This document shows, piece by piece, positions 27,597 through 38,388 of a stretch of 64,000 bases of DNA (position 1 is its first letter; every line of letters starts with the position of its first letter). Made by a program: the position numbers and the translations under genes. Under the pieces are notes generated by a model, which was given only the letters and a program-made list of their open reading frames with translations, was not told the origin of the DNA and did no database searches. This stretch comes from Candidatus Binatia bacterium (GTDB taxonomy: Bacteria > Desulfobacterota > Binatia > HRBIN30). Location: assembly GCA_038245295.1 (NCBI GenBank), contig JBBRSP010000002.1, positions 1 to 64,000 on the forward strand, written 5' to 3'.

Positions 27597-28067
27597 TCAC
27601 GGCACCGGCGAATCGGAGCGGGGCGTGTCTTGCGACGGTGGCATCGGCATCGACGCCGACGTGGGCACTATCTCCGGCGGTGATGCCGGCATCCAGGCGG
27701 CGACCAGTAACATCGCGCCAATCAGGATCTCGAACGCCAGGGCCAGCCAACCGAATACGCCGGGGCTGCCGTCGACCGTGGTGCCGACCAGGCGTCCGAC
27801 AGCGGCGCCGAGCCACATCAGGGCGATGAAGGTCAGACGGCCGCGGTTCGCCACCGGATCGACCAGCGACAAGAGTGTGTAGATGCCCATGACGATGAAC
27901 ACACCGCCGTAGGTGGCGCGAATTTCGCCGAGGACGAATTTGCTCGTGGCCTGGCTCGGAACGGCGAGGCCGAGCTGCACCATTACGTTGAACGGATAAA
28001 TCAGGCCGGCAATGCCCAGTGCCAGGATGATGAGGCCAGCAACTCCGACGAGGATACGAGAGTTCAT
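27597..28067 (-). CDS. DUF4345-like membrane protein
   Basis: Four TM helices, GEIRATYGG, GRLVG..VDG motifs. Confidence 0.75.
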   Translation of the reverse strand: MNSRILVGVAGLIILALGIAGLIYPFNVMVQLGLAVPSQATSKFVLGEIRATYGGVFIVMGIYTLLSLVDPVANRGRLTFIALMWLGAAVGRLVGTTVDGSPGVFGWLALAFEILIGAMLLVAAWMPASPPEIVPTSASMPMPPSQDTPRSDSPVP

Positions 28068-28170
28068 GAGATGGCTCGCTTTCTCGTCACCAGAAAGCCT
28101 ACGGCGGCGCGCATTGCAACCAAGCCAGCATGGAGGGTAGTGGGTCCGTTTCATACCCAAGGGTAGGCAA

Positions 28171-28408
28171 CGTCATCCCGGCGGAAGAGTCTGTCGTAAA
28201 ACCAAAGTGGAGCAACGTCATCCCGGTGAAAACCGGGATCTCCCCGTGCTGGTAAGCCTCGAAAGCTGGCGAGATACCGGCTTTCGCCCGTATGACGGCG
28301 GTGTTTGCGCAGGTTCAAACGATGAATCCGAGTAAATCGACACACTCGAAAGCCGGGATCTCCTCAAGTGGAAGCCTGGGAAGGCCGGCGAGATTCCGGC
28401 GTTTGACG
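28171..28408. mobile_element. Nested MITE/REP cluster B (inner unit 28187-28347)
   Basis: GAGTCTGTCG...CGACACACTC unit inserted in a hairpin loop, flanked by GGAA/GAAA. Confidence 0.8.
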
Positions 28409-28425
28409 TGGCGCGCTCCTCAAAA

Positions 28426-28464
28426 CATTACATAGGTTGACTAAATTACGCACTAACTGTAATG
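28426..28464 (+). promoter_or_regulatory. Promoter/operator upstream of paaX-like gene
   Basis: AT-rich patch with TTGACT, ATTAC-N9-GTAAT palindrome and an extra CATTAC half-site. Confidence 0.45.
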
Positions 28465-28472
28465 AATGGCGC

Positions 28473-29330
28473 GTGAACCTCACGGCCAAGACCTTTGTGC
28501 TGGATCTGTTGTCCACGCTGCGTGGCGGCACGATGCCTGTGCGGGCGTTGATTGCCGCCGGCGCTCACTTCGACATCAGCGAGAATAACCTGCGCGTCGG
28601 TCTGGCGCGCTTGTTGGCCTCTGGTCGCATCGAGCGCGATGAGCGCGGCCAGTATCGCCTTGGCCAGGAAGCGGCGGCAATTCGCAGCCATGTCACGGCG
28701 TGGCATTCGATCCCCGAACGTACCGTTGCGTGGGAGGGGAGTTGGGTCGGGGTTCAACGCGGCCGCAGCGGCGCGACGTTGACGGCGCGCCGCCGCGACG
28801 AGCGGGCGCTACGCTTCTTTGGCTTTCGCCGTTTGGTGTCCGGCTTGGACGTGCGACCGAACAATCTGCGTGGTGGTGTCGACGAAGTGCGACAGCGATT
28901 GCACACACTCGGCCTCGCCGCAGACGCCGTAATCTTCGAAATGAGTGGTCTGGACGAGCGCACGGAAAAGCAAGCGCGCGCCCTTTGGAATGTCGGCCAG
29001 CTGCGCGCCGGTTATCGCCGAGCTCTCGAGAACCTGGCATCGAGCACACGGCGATTGCCCGAGCTCGGCGAAGCGGCGGCCATGAGCGAATCCTTCCGCG
29101 TTGGCGGATCCATCATTCGGCAGTTGGTCGTCGATCCGTTACTACCCGAGCCGATCGTACCGGAGAGTGAACGTGTCGCCGTTGTCGAGGCGATGCGTCG
29201 TTACGACAAGTTGGGACGCGCCTGTTGGTCGCGATTCATGCGTGAGGTCGGCGCGCCGCACCTGCAGGCACCGGCGGATACACGTATGGGACATACCCCG
29301 GAGCAACAACGTCCGGTTGCCCTGGGTTGA
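28473..29330 (+). CDS. PaaX-family transcriptional regulator
   Basis: wHTH (FDISENNLRVGLARL...RGQYRL), WEGSW, VDPLLPEPIVP PaaX C-terminal motif. Confidence 0.85.
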   Translation: MNLTAKTFVLDLLSTLRGGTMPVRALIAAGAHFDISENNLRVGLARLLASGRIERDERGQYRLGQEAAAIRSHVTAWHSIPERTVAWEGSWVGVQRGRSGATLTARRRDERALRFFGFRRLVSGLDVRPNNLRGGVDEVRQRLHTLGLAADAVIFEMSGLDERTEKQARALWNVGQLRAGYRRALENLASSTRRLPELGEAAAMSESFRVGGSIIRQLVVDPLLPEPIVPESERVAVVEAMRRYDKLGRACWSRFMREVGAPHLQAPADTRMGHTPEQQRPVALG

Positions 29331-29344
29331 TCGTTGCAAGGAGG

Positions 29345-30349
29345 ATGACGATGGCGATGACGACAGACACAGAGGCGCCGCGCTGGCTCGATTCCTTTTC
29401 ACGCAGCGAGCTGGACTCGCTGCTCGAGCGCAGCACGTGGCGCGCCGGGCTGTCGGTGGCGCTGAATTGGGCGCTGATCGGCGCGGCGTTGGCGCTTGTG
29501 GCGTGGGCACCCAATCCGCTGACCATCCTTGTCGCCCTGTTCATCATTGGCGCCCGCCAATTGGGTATGGCGATTCTGATGCACGAGGCGGCGCATCGCA
29601 CCTTGTTTCCGAACCGTCGACTCAATGATTGGGTGGGTAATTGGCTGTGTGCCTATCCCGTTTGGGGCGATCTGCGGCCGTACCGCGGCTACCACCTTCA
29701 GCATCATGCGAAAACCGGCACGCTCGAGGATCCCGATCTCGGTTTGGCGGCACCATTCCCAATCACTCCGGCCAGCCTGCGCCGCAAGATCTGGCGCGAT
29801 CTCTCGGGGCAAACCGGTTGGAAGCGTGCCAAGGCGACCTTCAAACGCGACATGGGGATGAGCCGTGGTCGTGTTGCGCGTGGTGAGAAAGCCGGCCTGA
29901 CGAGCCTTCATGGTGTCGTCATCACGAACTTGGTCCTGCTGTCGGTGCTGACGCTGTGTGGGCACCCGTTGCTCTACCTGGTGTGGGTGGCGGCCTGGCT
30001 GACGACCTACAGTCTGGTGATGCGTATCCGCTCGATCGCCGAGCACGGCATGGTGCCGGACAACAGCGATCCGTTCAACAACACGCGCACGACGCGGGCA
30101 CAGTGGTGGGAGCGTCTGCTACTCGCCCCGAATCGCGTCAATTACCATCTCGAACACCATCTGCTGATGACGGTGCCGTTCTACAATCTGCCACGTATGC
30201 ATCACCTGCTCGGCGAGCGCGGACTACTCGATCGAGCCTGTGTGGCGAGCGGTTACCTGCCGGTCATGCGCCTGGCCGCTTCGCGGACCACAGCGGCGCC
30301 GCCGATGGAGCCGTCCGCCTTCGCGACGGGTGAGCGTCCGCCGTTCTGA
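29345..30349 (+). CDS. Membrane fatty acid desaturase family protein
   Basis: His boxes HEAAH, HLQHH, EH and HLEHH. Confidence 0.9.
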   Translation: MTMAMTTDTEAPRWLDSFSRSELDSLLERSTWRAGLSVALNWALIGAALALVAWAPNPLTILVALFIIGARQLGMAILMHEAAHRTLFPNRRLNDWVGNWLCAYPVWGDLRPYRGYHLQHHAKTGTLEDPDLGLAAPFPITPASLRRKIWRDLSGQTGWKRAKATFKRDMGMSRGRVARGEKAGLTSLHGVVITNLVLLSVLTLCGHPLLYLVWVAAWLTTYSLVMRIRSIAEHGMVPDNSDPFNNTRTTRAQWWERLLLAPNRVNYHLEHHLLMTVPFYNLPRMHHLLGERGLLDRACVASGYLPVMRLAASRTTAAPPMEPSAFATGERPPF

Positions 30350-30440
30350 CACCACGATCACCATCGTCGGCTTCGTTGTCCTCGTCGAACGGCGCTGATA
30401 GAAGCGGAGTTCACGTTGTTCGGCACAGAGGAGTTGCAGC

Positions 30441-30866
30441 ATGCAATGGACAGGCTTGATCGGTATGGCGTTGGGACTTTTCGCAGTGACCGGGGTGAAA
30501 CTAAACCCGCCACCCGTCATGCTCGACGTTGGCACCATTGAGGCGACGCCGGTTCCGACACCGAAGCCCGCCGAGCATAAGCGGCTGATCACGCTGATCA
30601 CGGTCCAGAACAACAACACCGGCGAAAGTGTGATCACGTTCGAAGCCAGCGACTTTTCGAAACGCCCCGACCATGATCCGCACATCATCGCGTCGAAGCA
30701 GTATGCCGTCGGCGACGGTGACGACAAAAAGAAGACCCAGGAGGTCAGCGCGCGGATTATCTCCAAGGTGCGCGACCTCGAGCGCGATATGTTGGAGTTT
30801 GCCAAGATTGCCGGGCCGCCCAAAGCCCGCGCCATTACGACCGAAGGCGGGCGGCCCGAGGATTAG
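30441..30866 (+). CDS. Hypothetical exported protein
   Basis: N-terminal hydrophobic segment, RBS GAGGAG, coding-like codon usage. Confidence 0.65.
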   Translation: MQWTGLIGMALGLFAVTGVKLNPPPVMLDVGTIEATPVPTPKPAEHKRLITLITVQNNNTGESVITFEASDFSKRPDHDPHIIASKQYAVGDGDDKKKTQEVSARIISKVRDLERDMLEFAKIAGPPKARAITTEGGRPED

Positions 30867-30923
30867 GACCGCGTCGGCAACCCGTGAACGGCAGGCGAAC
30901 TACCGTTCACGCGGGTGTGTCTC

Positions 30924-31409
30924 TTAAAGCGCCTTCTCGATGGCTCCGACGATGTCGTCGGATACCGGCTTCTCGGTGGGCGAAAAACGCGCCACCACGT
31001 TACCTGAGCGGTCGACGAGAAACTTGGCGAAGTTCCATTGGATGTCCCCCGGACCGTCCGGCGTTGTCTGTTGTGCCGTCAGGTACTCGTAGAGAGGATG
31101 GCGCGCGCCGCCGTTGACGTCGATCTTGGCGAACATCGGAAAGCTGACGCCATAGTTGGTCTCGCAGAAGGTCTTGATCTCTCCCTCGCTGCCCGGTTCC
31201 TGCGCCCCGAATTGATTACAGGGGAAGCCGAGTACCACCAACCCACGTGGACCAAAGTTTGTGTAGAGCTCCTGTAGACCGCCGTAGTGTGGTGTCAGTC
31301 CGCACTGCGAAGCGACGTTGACGACCAGGAGTACCTTGCCCTCGTAGTCGCGCAGCGACTGTTCTTTGCCGTCGATCGTCTTGGCTTTGAAGTCGTAAAC
31401 GTTTGCCAT
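30924..31409 (-). CDS. Glutathione peroxidase (BtuE-like)
   Basis: VNVASQCG, LGFPCNQFGAQEPG, IQWNFAKFLVD. Confidence 0.96.
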   Translation of the reverse strand: MANVYDFKAKTIDGKEQSLRDYEGKVLLVVNVASQCGLTPHYGGLQELYTNFGPRGLVVLGFPCNQFGAQEPGSEGEIKTFCETNYGVSFPMFAKIDVNGGARHPLYEYLTAQQTTPDGPGDIQWNFAKFLVDRSGNVVARFSPTEKPVSDDIVGAIEKAL

Positions 31410-31412
31410 GGT

Positions 31413-32447
31413 CTATTTACCCAACTCCTCGACGCGTAGCTCGACGCGACGGTTCTGCGCTCGGCCTTCGGCGGTTTCGTTCGTCGCCACCGGGCGCGAT
31501 TCGCCGTAGGCCTCGGTGCGAATGCGTTTGCCGTTGATTCCCTTGCCCACGAGGTAGCCGCGCACCGCATCGGCGCGGCGTTGCGACAGACGCAGGTTGT
31601 AGACGTCGGTGCCGATCTCGTCGGTGTGGCCTTCGGCCGCGACGTTGATCTCGCCCTCGTCGCGCAACAGACCGGCGGCTTCGTCGAGCACCGGTGCGGC
31701 ATCGCCGCGAATCGTCGACTTGTCGAATTCGAAGTAGACGCTGCGCAAGACGATCTTCTTACGCGTCGGCGGTGGCAGCGGCAGCGGTTCGTTCTTCGGC
31801 ACCGTCTTTGGCTCGGGTGGTGCCGGCGCTTCGGCGACTTCTTCTTCCTCGGGGAAGGTGTAGGTCAGTGCCAACCCAGCGGTGGCCCACTCGATATCTT
31901 TGCCGAAGCGCTCGTCGGGCACTTGCCCGGGGCCGAGATCGGTTGGCCGCGGGCTCATGTAGGCGCGATTGTAACGCCCGTAGAGTCCGGCCTTGAGGCT
32001 ATCGGTGAACTGGTAGTCGATGCCAAGTCCGGCCGAGAAGCCAGGAGCGCTTTGACTGAGACGACCACTGAGGCCGGCGTAGTAGCCGCCGGTGCCGACG
32101 ATGTAGGGCACAATCGGTCCGAGCGGCAGAGAGAATCGCGGACCAATTCCGCCACCGATCATCGAGGTCGTCTGGCGGCTCTGGCGGATGAAGTCTTCCT
32201 CGCCGATGTGATTGTCTTCGGTTTGAAACAGAGCTTGCAGCTCGGCCTGGGCACCGATGTAATCGTTCAACATGTAGCCCGCATAGGGTGAAACACTCAC
32301 CCCGGTTCGGACGTGCCCTCGATAGTTTGGATTGAGCGGCTCGGAAGCGCCCAGAGTAAGCCCAACAAACGGCCCCTGCGCCGCGGCTGTCCCCACGGCG
32401 ACTGCCCCAACCCCAATCAACGCCAGCAACCCCACCAGTCGACGCAT
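31413..32447 (-). CDS. OmpA-family outer membrane protein (beta-barrel + peptidoglycan-binding domain)
   Basis: Signal peptide, barrel strands, VYFEFDKS, EGHTD, YNLRLSQRRA, AQNRRVE; RBS AGGAGG. Confidence 0.92.
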   Translation of the reverse strand: MRRLVGLLALIGVGAVAVGTAAAQGPFVGLTLGASEPLNPNYRGHVRTGVSVSPYAGYMLNDYIGAQAELQALFQTEDNHIGEEDFIRQSRQTTSMIGGGIGPRFSLPLGPIVPYIVGTGGYYAGLSGRLSQSAPGFSAGLGIDYQFTDSLKAGLYGRYNRAYMSPRPTDLGPGQVPDERFGKDIEWATAGLALTYTFPEEEEVAEAPAPPEPKTVPKNEPLPLPPPTRKKIVLRSVYFEFDKSTIRGDAAPVLDEAAGLLRDEGEINVAAEGHTDEIGTDVYNLRLSQRRADAVRGYLVGKGINGKRIRTEAYGESRPVATNETAEGRAQNRRVELRVEELGK

Positions 32448-33088
32448 ACGCGACCCTCCTTGAGCTGCCGCGTCTCGCTGACGCCGACGCGGTGGCGCGT
32501 AAATACCCGATCCGGCGACACAGCGCCACCCGCGAAATCCATGTCCGCCGGGCTTGGTGCGTGATCGTCGTTTGGCGGTGCCGGAACGCGATGGCCCTGG
32601 CGACCGTGCGCGACGCACTCGCGGTTCGTCGGAACCACGAAGCGGCGAGGAGCGCGCCGCGATGACGGAACGCCGCCGCTGCCAACCAACCCCGTAGGCT
32701 TGCCCCCTCCCCACAATCGACCGCAGCTCCCATGCGACAGCGCATCCGTTCAAAGTACGCCCGGGTTTTCCATCGTCCCAGGGCCAACGTGACGCACCAG
32801 GAAGCCCCAGGACGGGCTCTGGGTGACAAGGATGACTCCACCTACGCACACAAACCCAACGTTTTTTGGCGATCCGCCGCTCCAACCCTTGAAAAGAAAG
32901 GGGAATTTCATCCGTTGGAGTCGATTCCGTCAGCGAACGGGGGATCTCGGTCGTCAAAGGGCGCCCCCTGAGTCGATGTCTGATAGTTCCTGTGATCCGA
33001 GTCGGGGAATGCCGTGCACATCAGGGTGAGACCGCGGGCCTCAGCCGGCTTTGCCCGTAAATTCGACGATCAACCAGCGCTCAGCTCA

Positions 33089-33222
33089 CCGCAGGCTGAA
33101 GCCTGCGCCTACCACGCTGAATACACTGGCGAATTGGAAACCGGTAGGCGCAGGCTTCAGCCTGCGGAGTCCTCCAACGCGAATTGCCGTGCAAAGCCGC
33201 CTCACCCGGCTTCAGCCTGCGG
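33089..33222. repeat. GTAG-type REP copies
   Basis: CCGCAGGCTGAAGCCTGCGCCTACC / GGTAGGCGCAGGCTTCAGCCTGCGG inverted pair plus a third partial copy supplying the P450 stop codon. Confidence 0.78.
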
Positions 33223-34426
33223 AGTGCGACGCGGTGAAACGCAGCGGCAAACTGGTTGGTCCGAAGATCCCCGTGCGCGGGCGCCAGGCAACGTCGCCGT
33301 CGAGCTGCACATCGCGCAAGTTTTGCGACAGGACCAAAAGGGCTTCCTGCATTTCGGCGCGCGCCAGATTGGCGCCGAGGCAGTAATGCGGTCCGCCGCC
33401 AAAGGTCAACGGCGGCTCGTTGCGCTTGGCGGTGATGTCGAACACGTCGGGCTTCTGATGTGCCGACGGATCGTGGTTTGCCGACGCCGTCGACAGGCTG
33501 AGCAGCGTGCCGGCTGGGACACGATACCCGCCGACCTCGAGCTCGGTGCGCGCGATGCGCGGCGCGATCCCGACGGCGCCGAGAAAACGCAGAACTTCTT
33601 CGACCGCGGGCTCGACGAGCTCGGGATGTTCACCCAGCAGCCGCCACTGCTCCGGGTTCTGGGCGAACAACCACATCGCAATGCCGAGCTGATTGCGCGT
33701 CGTATCGTAGCCGGCGAACAGCAGGGCGCCGATCATGCTGCGTAACTCGAGCGGGCTCAGACGGTCGCCACCGTCCTCCGCCTGGATGAGACGTGTGACG
33801 AGATCGTCCTGCGGATTGCGTCTTCGCTCTTCGATGAAACGTTCGAGGTAAGCGCCGAGCCCTTCGAAGGCCGCCTGAATCTCGGCCATGCGGAACGGCA
33901 ATTCGAACGACAGCACCCACGTAAGACCGTTGGCCCAGCGACCGAAGTCTTCGTGATCCTCGCGCGGCACACCGAGGAGCTCGCAGATCATTTGAATCGG
34001 GTAGTGGTCGGCGAAGTCGGCGATGAACTCGCAACGTCCGCGCGCCGCCATCGGCCCGACGATCTCGTTGCTCAAGGCCCGCATCGACGGTCGCAGAACT
34101 TCGACGGAACGCGGCGTGAAGGCGCGACTGACCAGGCGTCGCAAGCGCGTGTGGTCCTCGCCGTCGACCGCTAGCAAACTGCGCGACAGCATCTCGAAGA
34201 TCGGCCCTTCGCTGAGCCCCTGCATGCGCACAATCGCCAGGAGAGAGCTGTCGAGCCGCGTATCGGCCAACAACGCCTGCACGTAGGCATGCTGCACCAC
34301 CACGGCGCCGATCGGTGTGCGCGCCAAACAACTCTCGGCGCGCACACGATTCATCACAGGTGCCGGATCGGCCTGAAACTCGGGCGAAAGAAAATCGATG
34401 TAGGGAGCGTCGTCGAGGGGTCTCAT
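33212..34426 (-). CDS. Cytochrome P450
   Basis: DGEDHTRLRRLV, AGYDTT, EEVLR (ExxR), FGGGPHYCLG. Confidence 0.96.
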   Translation of the reverse strand: MRPLDDAPYIDFLSPEFQADPAPVMNRVRAESCLARTPIGAVVVQHAYVQALLADTRLDSSLLAIVRMQGLSEGPIFEMLSRSLLAVDGEDHTRLRRLVSRAFTPRSVEVLRPSMRALSNEIVGPMAARGRCEFIADFADHYPIQMICELLGVPREDHEDFGRWANGLTWVLSFELPFRMAEIQAAFEGLGAYLERFIEERRRNPQDDLVTRLIQAEDGGDRLSPLELRSMIGALLFAGYDTTRNQLGIAMWLFAQNPEQWRLLGEHPELVEPAVEEVLRFLGAVGIAPRIARTELEVGGYRVPAGTLLSLSTASANHDPSAHQKPDVFDITAKRNEPPLTFGGGPHYCLGANLARAEMQEALLVLSQNLRDVQLDGDVAWRPRTGIFGPTSLPLRFTASHSAG

Positions 34427-34639
34427 GGACCGCACCATCCAGCGCCGCCGCCGTCAATGCAAGGCATGGAGAATGCCGGGCTCGCGCGCAGACCCGACAG
34501 ATCTACCGGTGCCCGGGAAGCCAGCTTGTACTCAAGCACGATCAACCGGGCACTGGAAACAATTGAACTTCGAGCGAATGTGCACGTAGGCAATACTGTC
34601 GTCGTTTAGCACGCCGGCAGTTGGTCACGTTTACGGACG

Positions 34640-35683
<1,044 letters not shown>

Positions 35684-35726
35684 CTATGAGATCCATCGAT
35701 CCATCATCCAGACCAAAAGGACGAAC

Positions 35727-36098
35727 GAGACCGTCGATAAACTCGGATGCCACCCCGTGATCCCGGCGAAAGAGACTGTCGATAGCCTGAAATGGAGCAA
35801 CGTGATCCCGCCGAAAGAGACTGTCGTAAAACCAAAGTGAAGCAACGTCATCCCGGTGAAAACCGGGATCTCCCCGTGCTGGAAGCCTCGAAAGCTGGCG
35901 AGATACCGGCTTTCGCCGGTATGACGGATAGGTCTGCTCGGTTTCAAATATGGTTTCCCAGTAAATCGACACACTCGAAAGCCGGGATCTCCTCGAGTGG
36001 AAGGCCAAAAATGCTGGAGAGATATCGGCTTTCGCCCGTATGACGGGGGTGTTTGTGTGCTTTCAAACGCGTGATCAGAGAAACCGACAGTCTCGAAA
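35727..36098. mobile_element. Nested MITE/REP cluster C (inner unit 35817-35976 inside unit 35772-36094 inside a partial third copy)
   Basis: Both complete units are bounded by GAGACTGTCG...CGACA(C/G)(A/T)CTC and flanked by GAAA direct repeats. Confidence 0.85.
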
Positions 36099-36156
36099 CC
36101 CAGGGCGCGCGCCGAGTCATGCGCAGGACGGGACCGAAGGGCGCGCTTGCTTGCAC

Positions 36157-37191
36157 TCACCGGCGATTGAAGTTGTCGAGAGTGGCGCGCGCCTCCATGA
36201 GGTTGTCCAGACGCGCAACCAGCTGCAAGTCGATGTCCAACTCTCGGCAAGTCGTCTCGAGCACCAGATAGAACAATTGGCGCTGCACGACGATGCGCGT
36301 CGGTCGGCTGCCGCCCTTGAGGAGCACGTCGGCGAACGCAGCGAGGGTGTCGGCCCACAACCGTTCCCGCCCGTGCACTCCGTGCAGAATCTGGAACCCG
36401 CCAATCATTCTGGTGGCGTGGTCCACCAGCAACAGGACGTAACCGTAGTAGGGCTGATCGAGCCCCAAGTCGCGTCCTTCCATCTGCATGGATAACGAGG
36501 CGAACAGATCCACTTCGAGTGTCGAATTGTCGTGGGGTAGAGCCCGCAGCCGCTTCAACCGAATGTCATCGAGGCTCGGCGGCACCCGCGCCTCGAGTGC
36601 GGGAGAAACGGCGAAGCGCTCTGTCCACTCGTTTGGAAACTCCGGGACGCGGTGGCGCAGGAGGTAGCTGGACTCAGGCGGTGGCATGAGAATCTTCGGA
36701 TTGGCGCGCAGGCGCGAGCCCATCATGAGCAATTGTTCGAGGGCACAGCTCAACATATCGATCTCGGAACCATCGGAAACGATCCACGGCACCAGCCCGG
36801 CGCGGAAACGTCGCAGCATCGGCCAGGCATTGCGGCCGCGGAACTTCAGGCCAAGCGCCACCAGGAAAGCCTTGTCGTTGCGATCCAGTTGTTTGGCGTC
36901 CTCCCACGAGATCTGCACCTGATCGATCTCGAGAAGAACTTCGTGGTCGACCGGGTTATCCGAGTGGATTGCCGTGGCGAAATCGTCGATTGCCTGTGCC
37001 CCGAGGTAGAGTCCGACGGCAAAGTGCTCACCAAGACGTCCCATGACGGAAACCAGACCGACGCCAACCGGCGGCGGCAACTCGACAGCAAAGACTTCAC
37101 CGTCGCCCAAGATCTCCCACGGTGCCATCGCCTTCACCGCCGCCGCCAAACGCATCAGCCGCGCCCATTTCTCGAGAACAACCTCGTCCAT
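36157..37191 (-). CDS. Conserved hypothetical protein (DUF7309/DUF6930-like)
   Basis: APWEILGDGEVFAV...VSVMGRLGEHFAVGLYLG...FRGRNAWPMLRRFRAGLVPW pattern. Confidence 0.65.
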   Translation of the reverse strand: MDEVVLEKWARLMRLAAAVKAMAPWEILGDGEVFAVELPPPVGVGLVSVMGRLGEHFAVGLYLGAQAIDDFATAIHSDNPVDHEVLLEIDQVQISWEDAKQLDRNDKAFLVALGLKFRGRNAWPMLRRFRAGLVPWIVSDGSEIDMLSCALEQLLMMGSRLRANPKILMPPPESSYLLRHRVPEFPNEWTERFAVSPALEARVPPSLDDIRLKRLRALPHDNSTLEVDLFASLSMQMEGRDLGLDQPYYGYVLLLVDHATRMIGGFQILHGVHGRERLWADTLAAFADVLLKGGSRPTRIVVQRQLFYLVLETTCRELDIDLQLVARLDNLMEARATLDNFNRR

Positions 37192-37485
37192 AGCCGCCTG
37201 CTCATCAGGAACTTTTCAACAGCGCAAGTCCGGGCGGTGACGACCGCGCCCTTCGTCAGGAGAGGCAGCCGTTTTGAAAGAGATGGCGGCGGGAGAATCG
37301 CGCGAATCGCCTACGCGTTCCCAATCGGTAGCCCTTGTCACGCTAGCGTCGCCGCTTTTCATCACGGGTCGCGTCGCGTGCGGCTGGTGACCTGAACCTT
37401 CTCCGGATCGTCACCCTTCGCAGCCGTCTCGGCATGTATGCTTGGCAGTCATTGCCGCGGGGTGGGCACCGCGTAGTTTGCTCGC

Positions 37486-38364
37486 ATGCCGTCGCAATTG
37501 CATGAGGCGCTGCTGTATCTGTTCCGCAATCGCCCGGCGCTGGCTCCGGAGCTGCTGCGCGATGCGCTGCAGGCGCCGTTGCCGGAATACAGCGAGGTGT
37601 GCATCGAGTCGGCCGACTTCGCCAACTTACAGGCTGCCGAGTATCGTGCCGATCTGGTGACCCTGCTGAGCCACGGTAAGCCGGTGCTCGGCATCGTCGT
37701 CGAGGTGCAACTGCAACCGGATAGGGAAAAGCGTTTGTCCTGGCCACTCTATGTGGCCGGACTGCGGACGCGCTTCCGTTGCGACGTGGTGCTCCTGGTG
37801 GTGACGGTCGATGAGGCTGTGGCGCGGTGGGCCTCGCAGGCGATCCGTATGGGCGGTGGCAATCACTTTGTCCCACTGGTTTTGGGACCTTCGGGCGTCC
37901 CCGAGGTCACCGATCAACAGCAAGCCATCGATGATCCTGAGCTGGCGGTGTTGTCAGCCATGGCGCACGGCAAGGATGCCGACGCCGGCAAGGTGGTGGA
38001 GATCGCCGTGGCGGCGATGACGGCGAGCATTGGACTCGACGACGAGCGATCGAAGTTGTATCTCGATCTGGTGCACGCGTCGTTGAGCGCAGCGGCAAGG
38101 GAGGCACTACAGACTATGGACCCGACGAAGTACGAGTACCAAAGCGAGTTTGCACGGCGCTACGTCGCCGAAGGGCGTGCGGAAGGCCGCGCCGAAGGTG
38201 AAGCCCGCGGCCGTGCCGATATGGTACTCAAGATCCTCACGGCTCGATTCGGTCCTCTTGGCGTCGAGAGCGAAGCCCGCATTCGTGCTGCGTCGATCGA
38301 ACACCTGGAGCACATCGTCGAGCGTGCTCTCACCGCCGCCAGCCTGGACGAGGCACTCGGGTAG
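37486..38364 (+). CDS. Rpn-like PD-(D/E)XK putative nuclease with DUF4351-type C-terminus
   Basis: EYRADLV, VVEVQL, KRLSWPLYVA, EGRAEGRAEG repeat, ARFG...IRAAS..HLE. Confidence 0.7.
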   Translation: MPSQLHEALLYLFRNRPALAPELLRDALQAPLPEYSEVCIESADFANLQAAEYRADLVTLLSHGKPVLGIVVEVQLQPDREKRLSWPLYVAGLRTRFRCDVVLLVVTVDEAVARWASQAIRMGGGNHFVPLVLGPSGVPEVTDQQQAIDDPELAVLSAMAHGKDADAGKVVEIAVAAMTASIGLDDERSKLYLDLVHASLSAAAREALQTMDPTKYEYQSEFARRYVAEGRAEGRAEGEARGRADMVLKILTARFGPLGVESEARIRAASIEHLEHIVERALTAASLDEALG

Positions 38365-38388
38365 CAAGAACGCTTGGGGGCGCGCCAA

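Noticed and set aside
32450..33080. Long non-coding region upstream of ompA as a possible riboswitch or sRNA
   Set aside because: I could not recognise a conserved RNA motif or terminator by eye. An Rfam/Infernal scan would be needed.
35727..35860. 45-bp periodic repeats resembling a mini CRISPR array
   Set aside because: The 'spacers' are related to each other, recur at other loci, and have matching inverted right ends. No cas genes are present, and nested MITE left ends explain the pattern.
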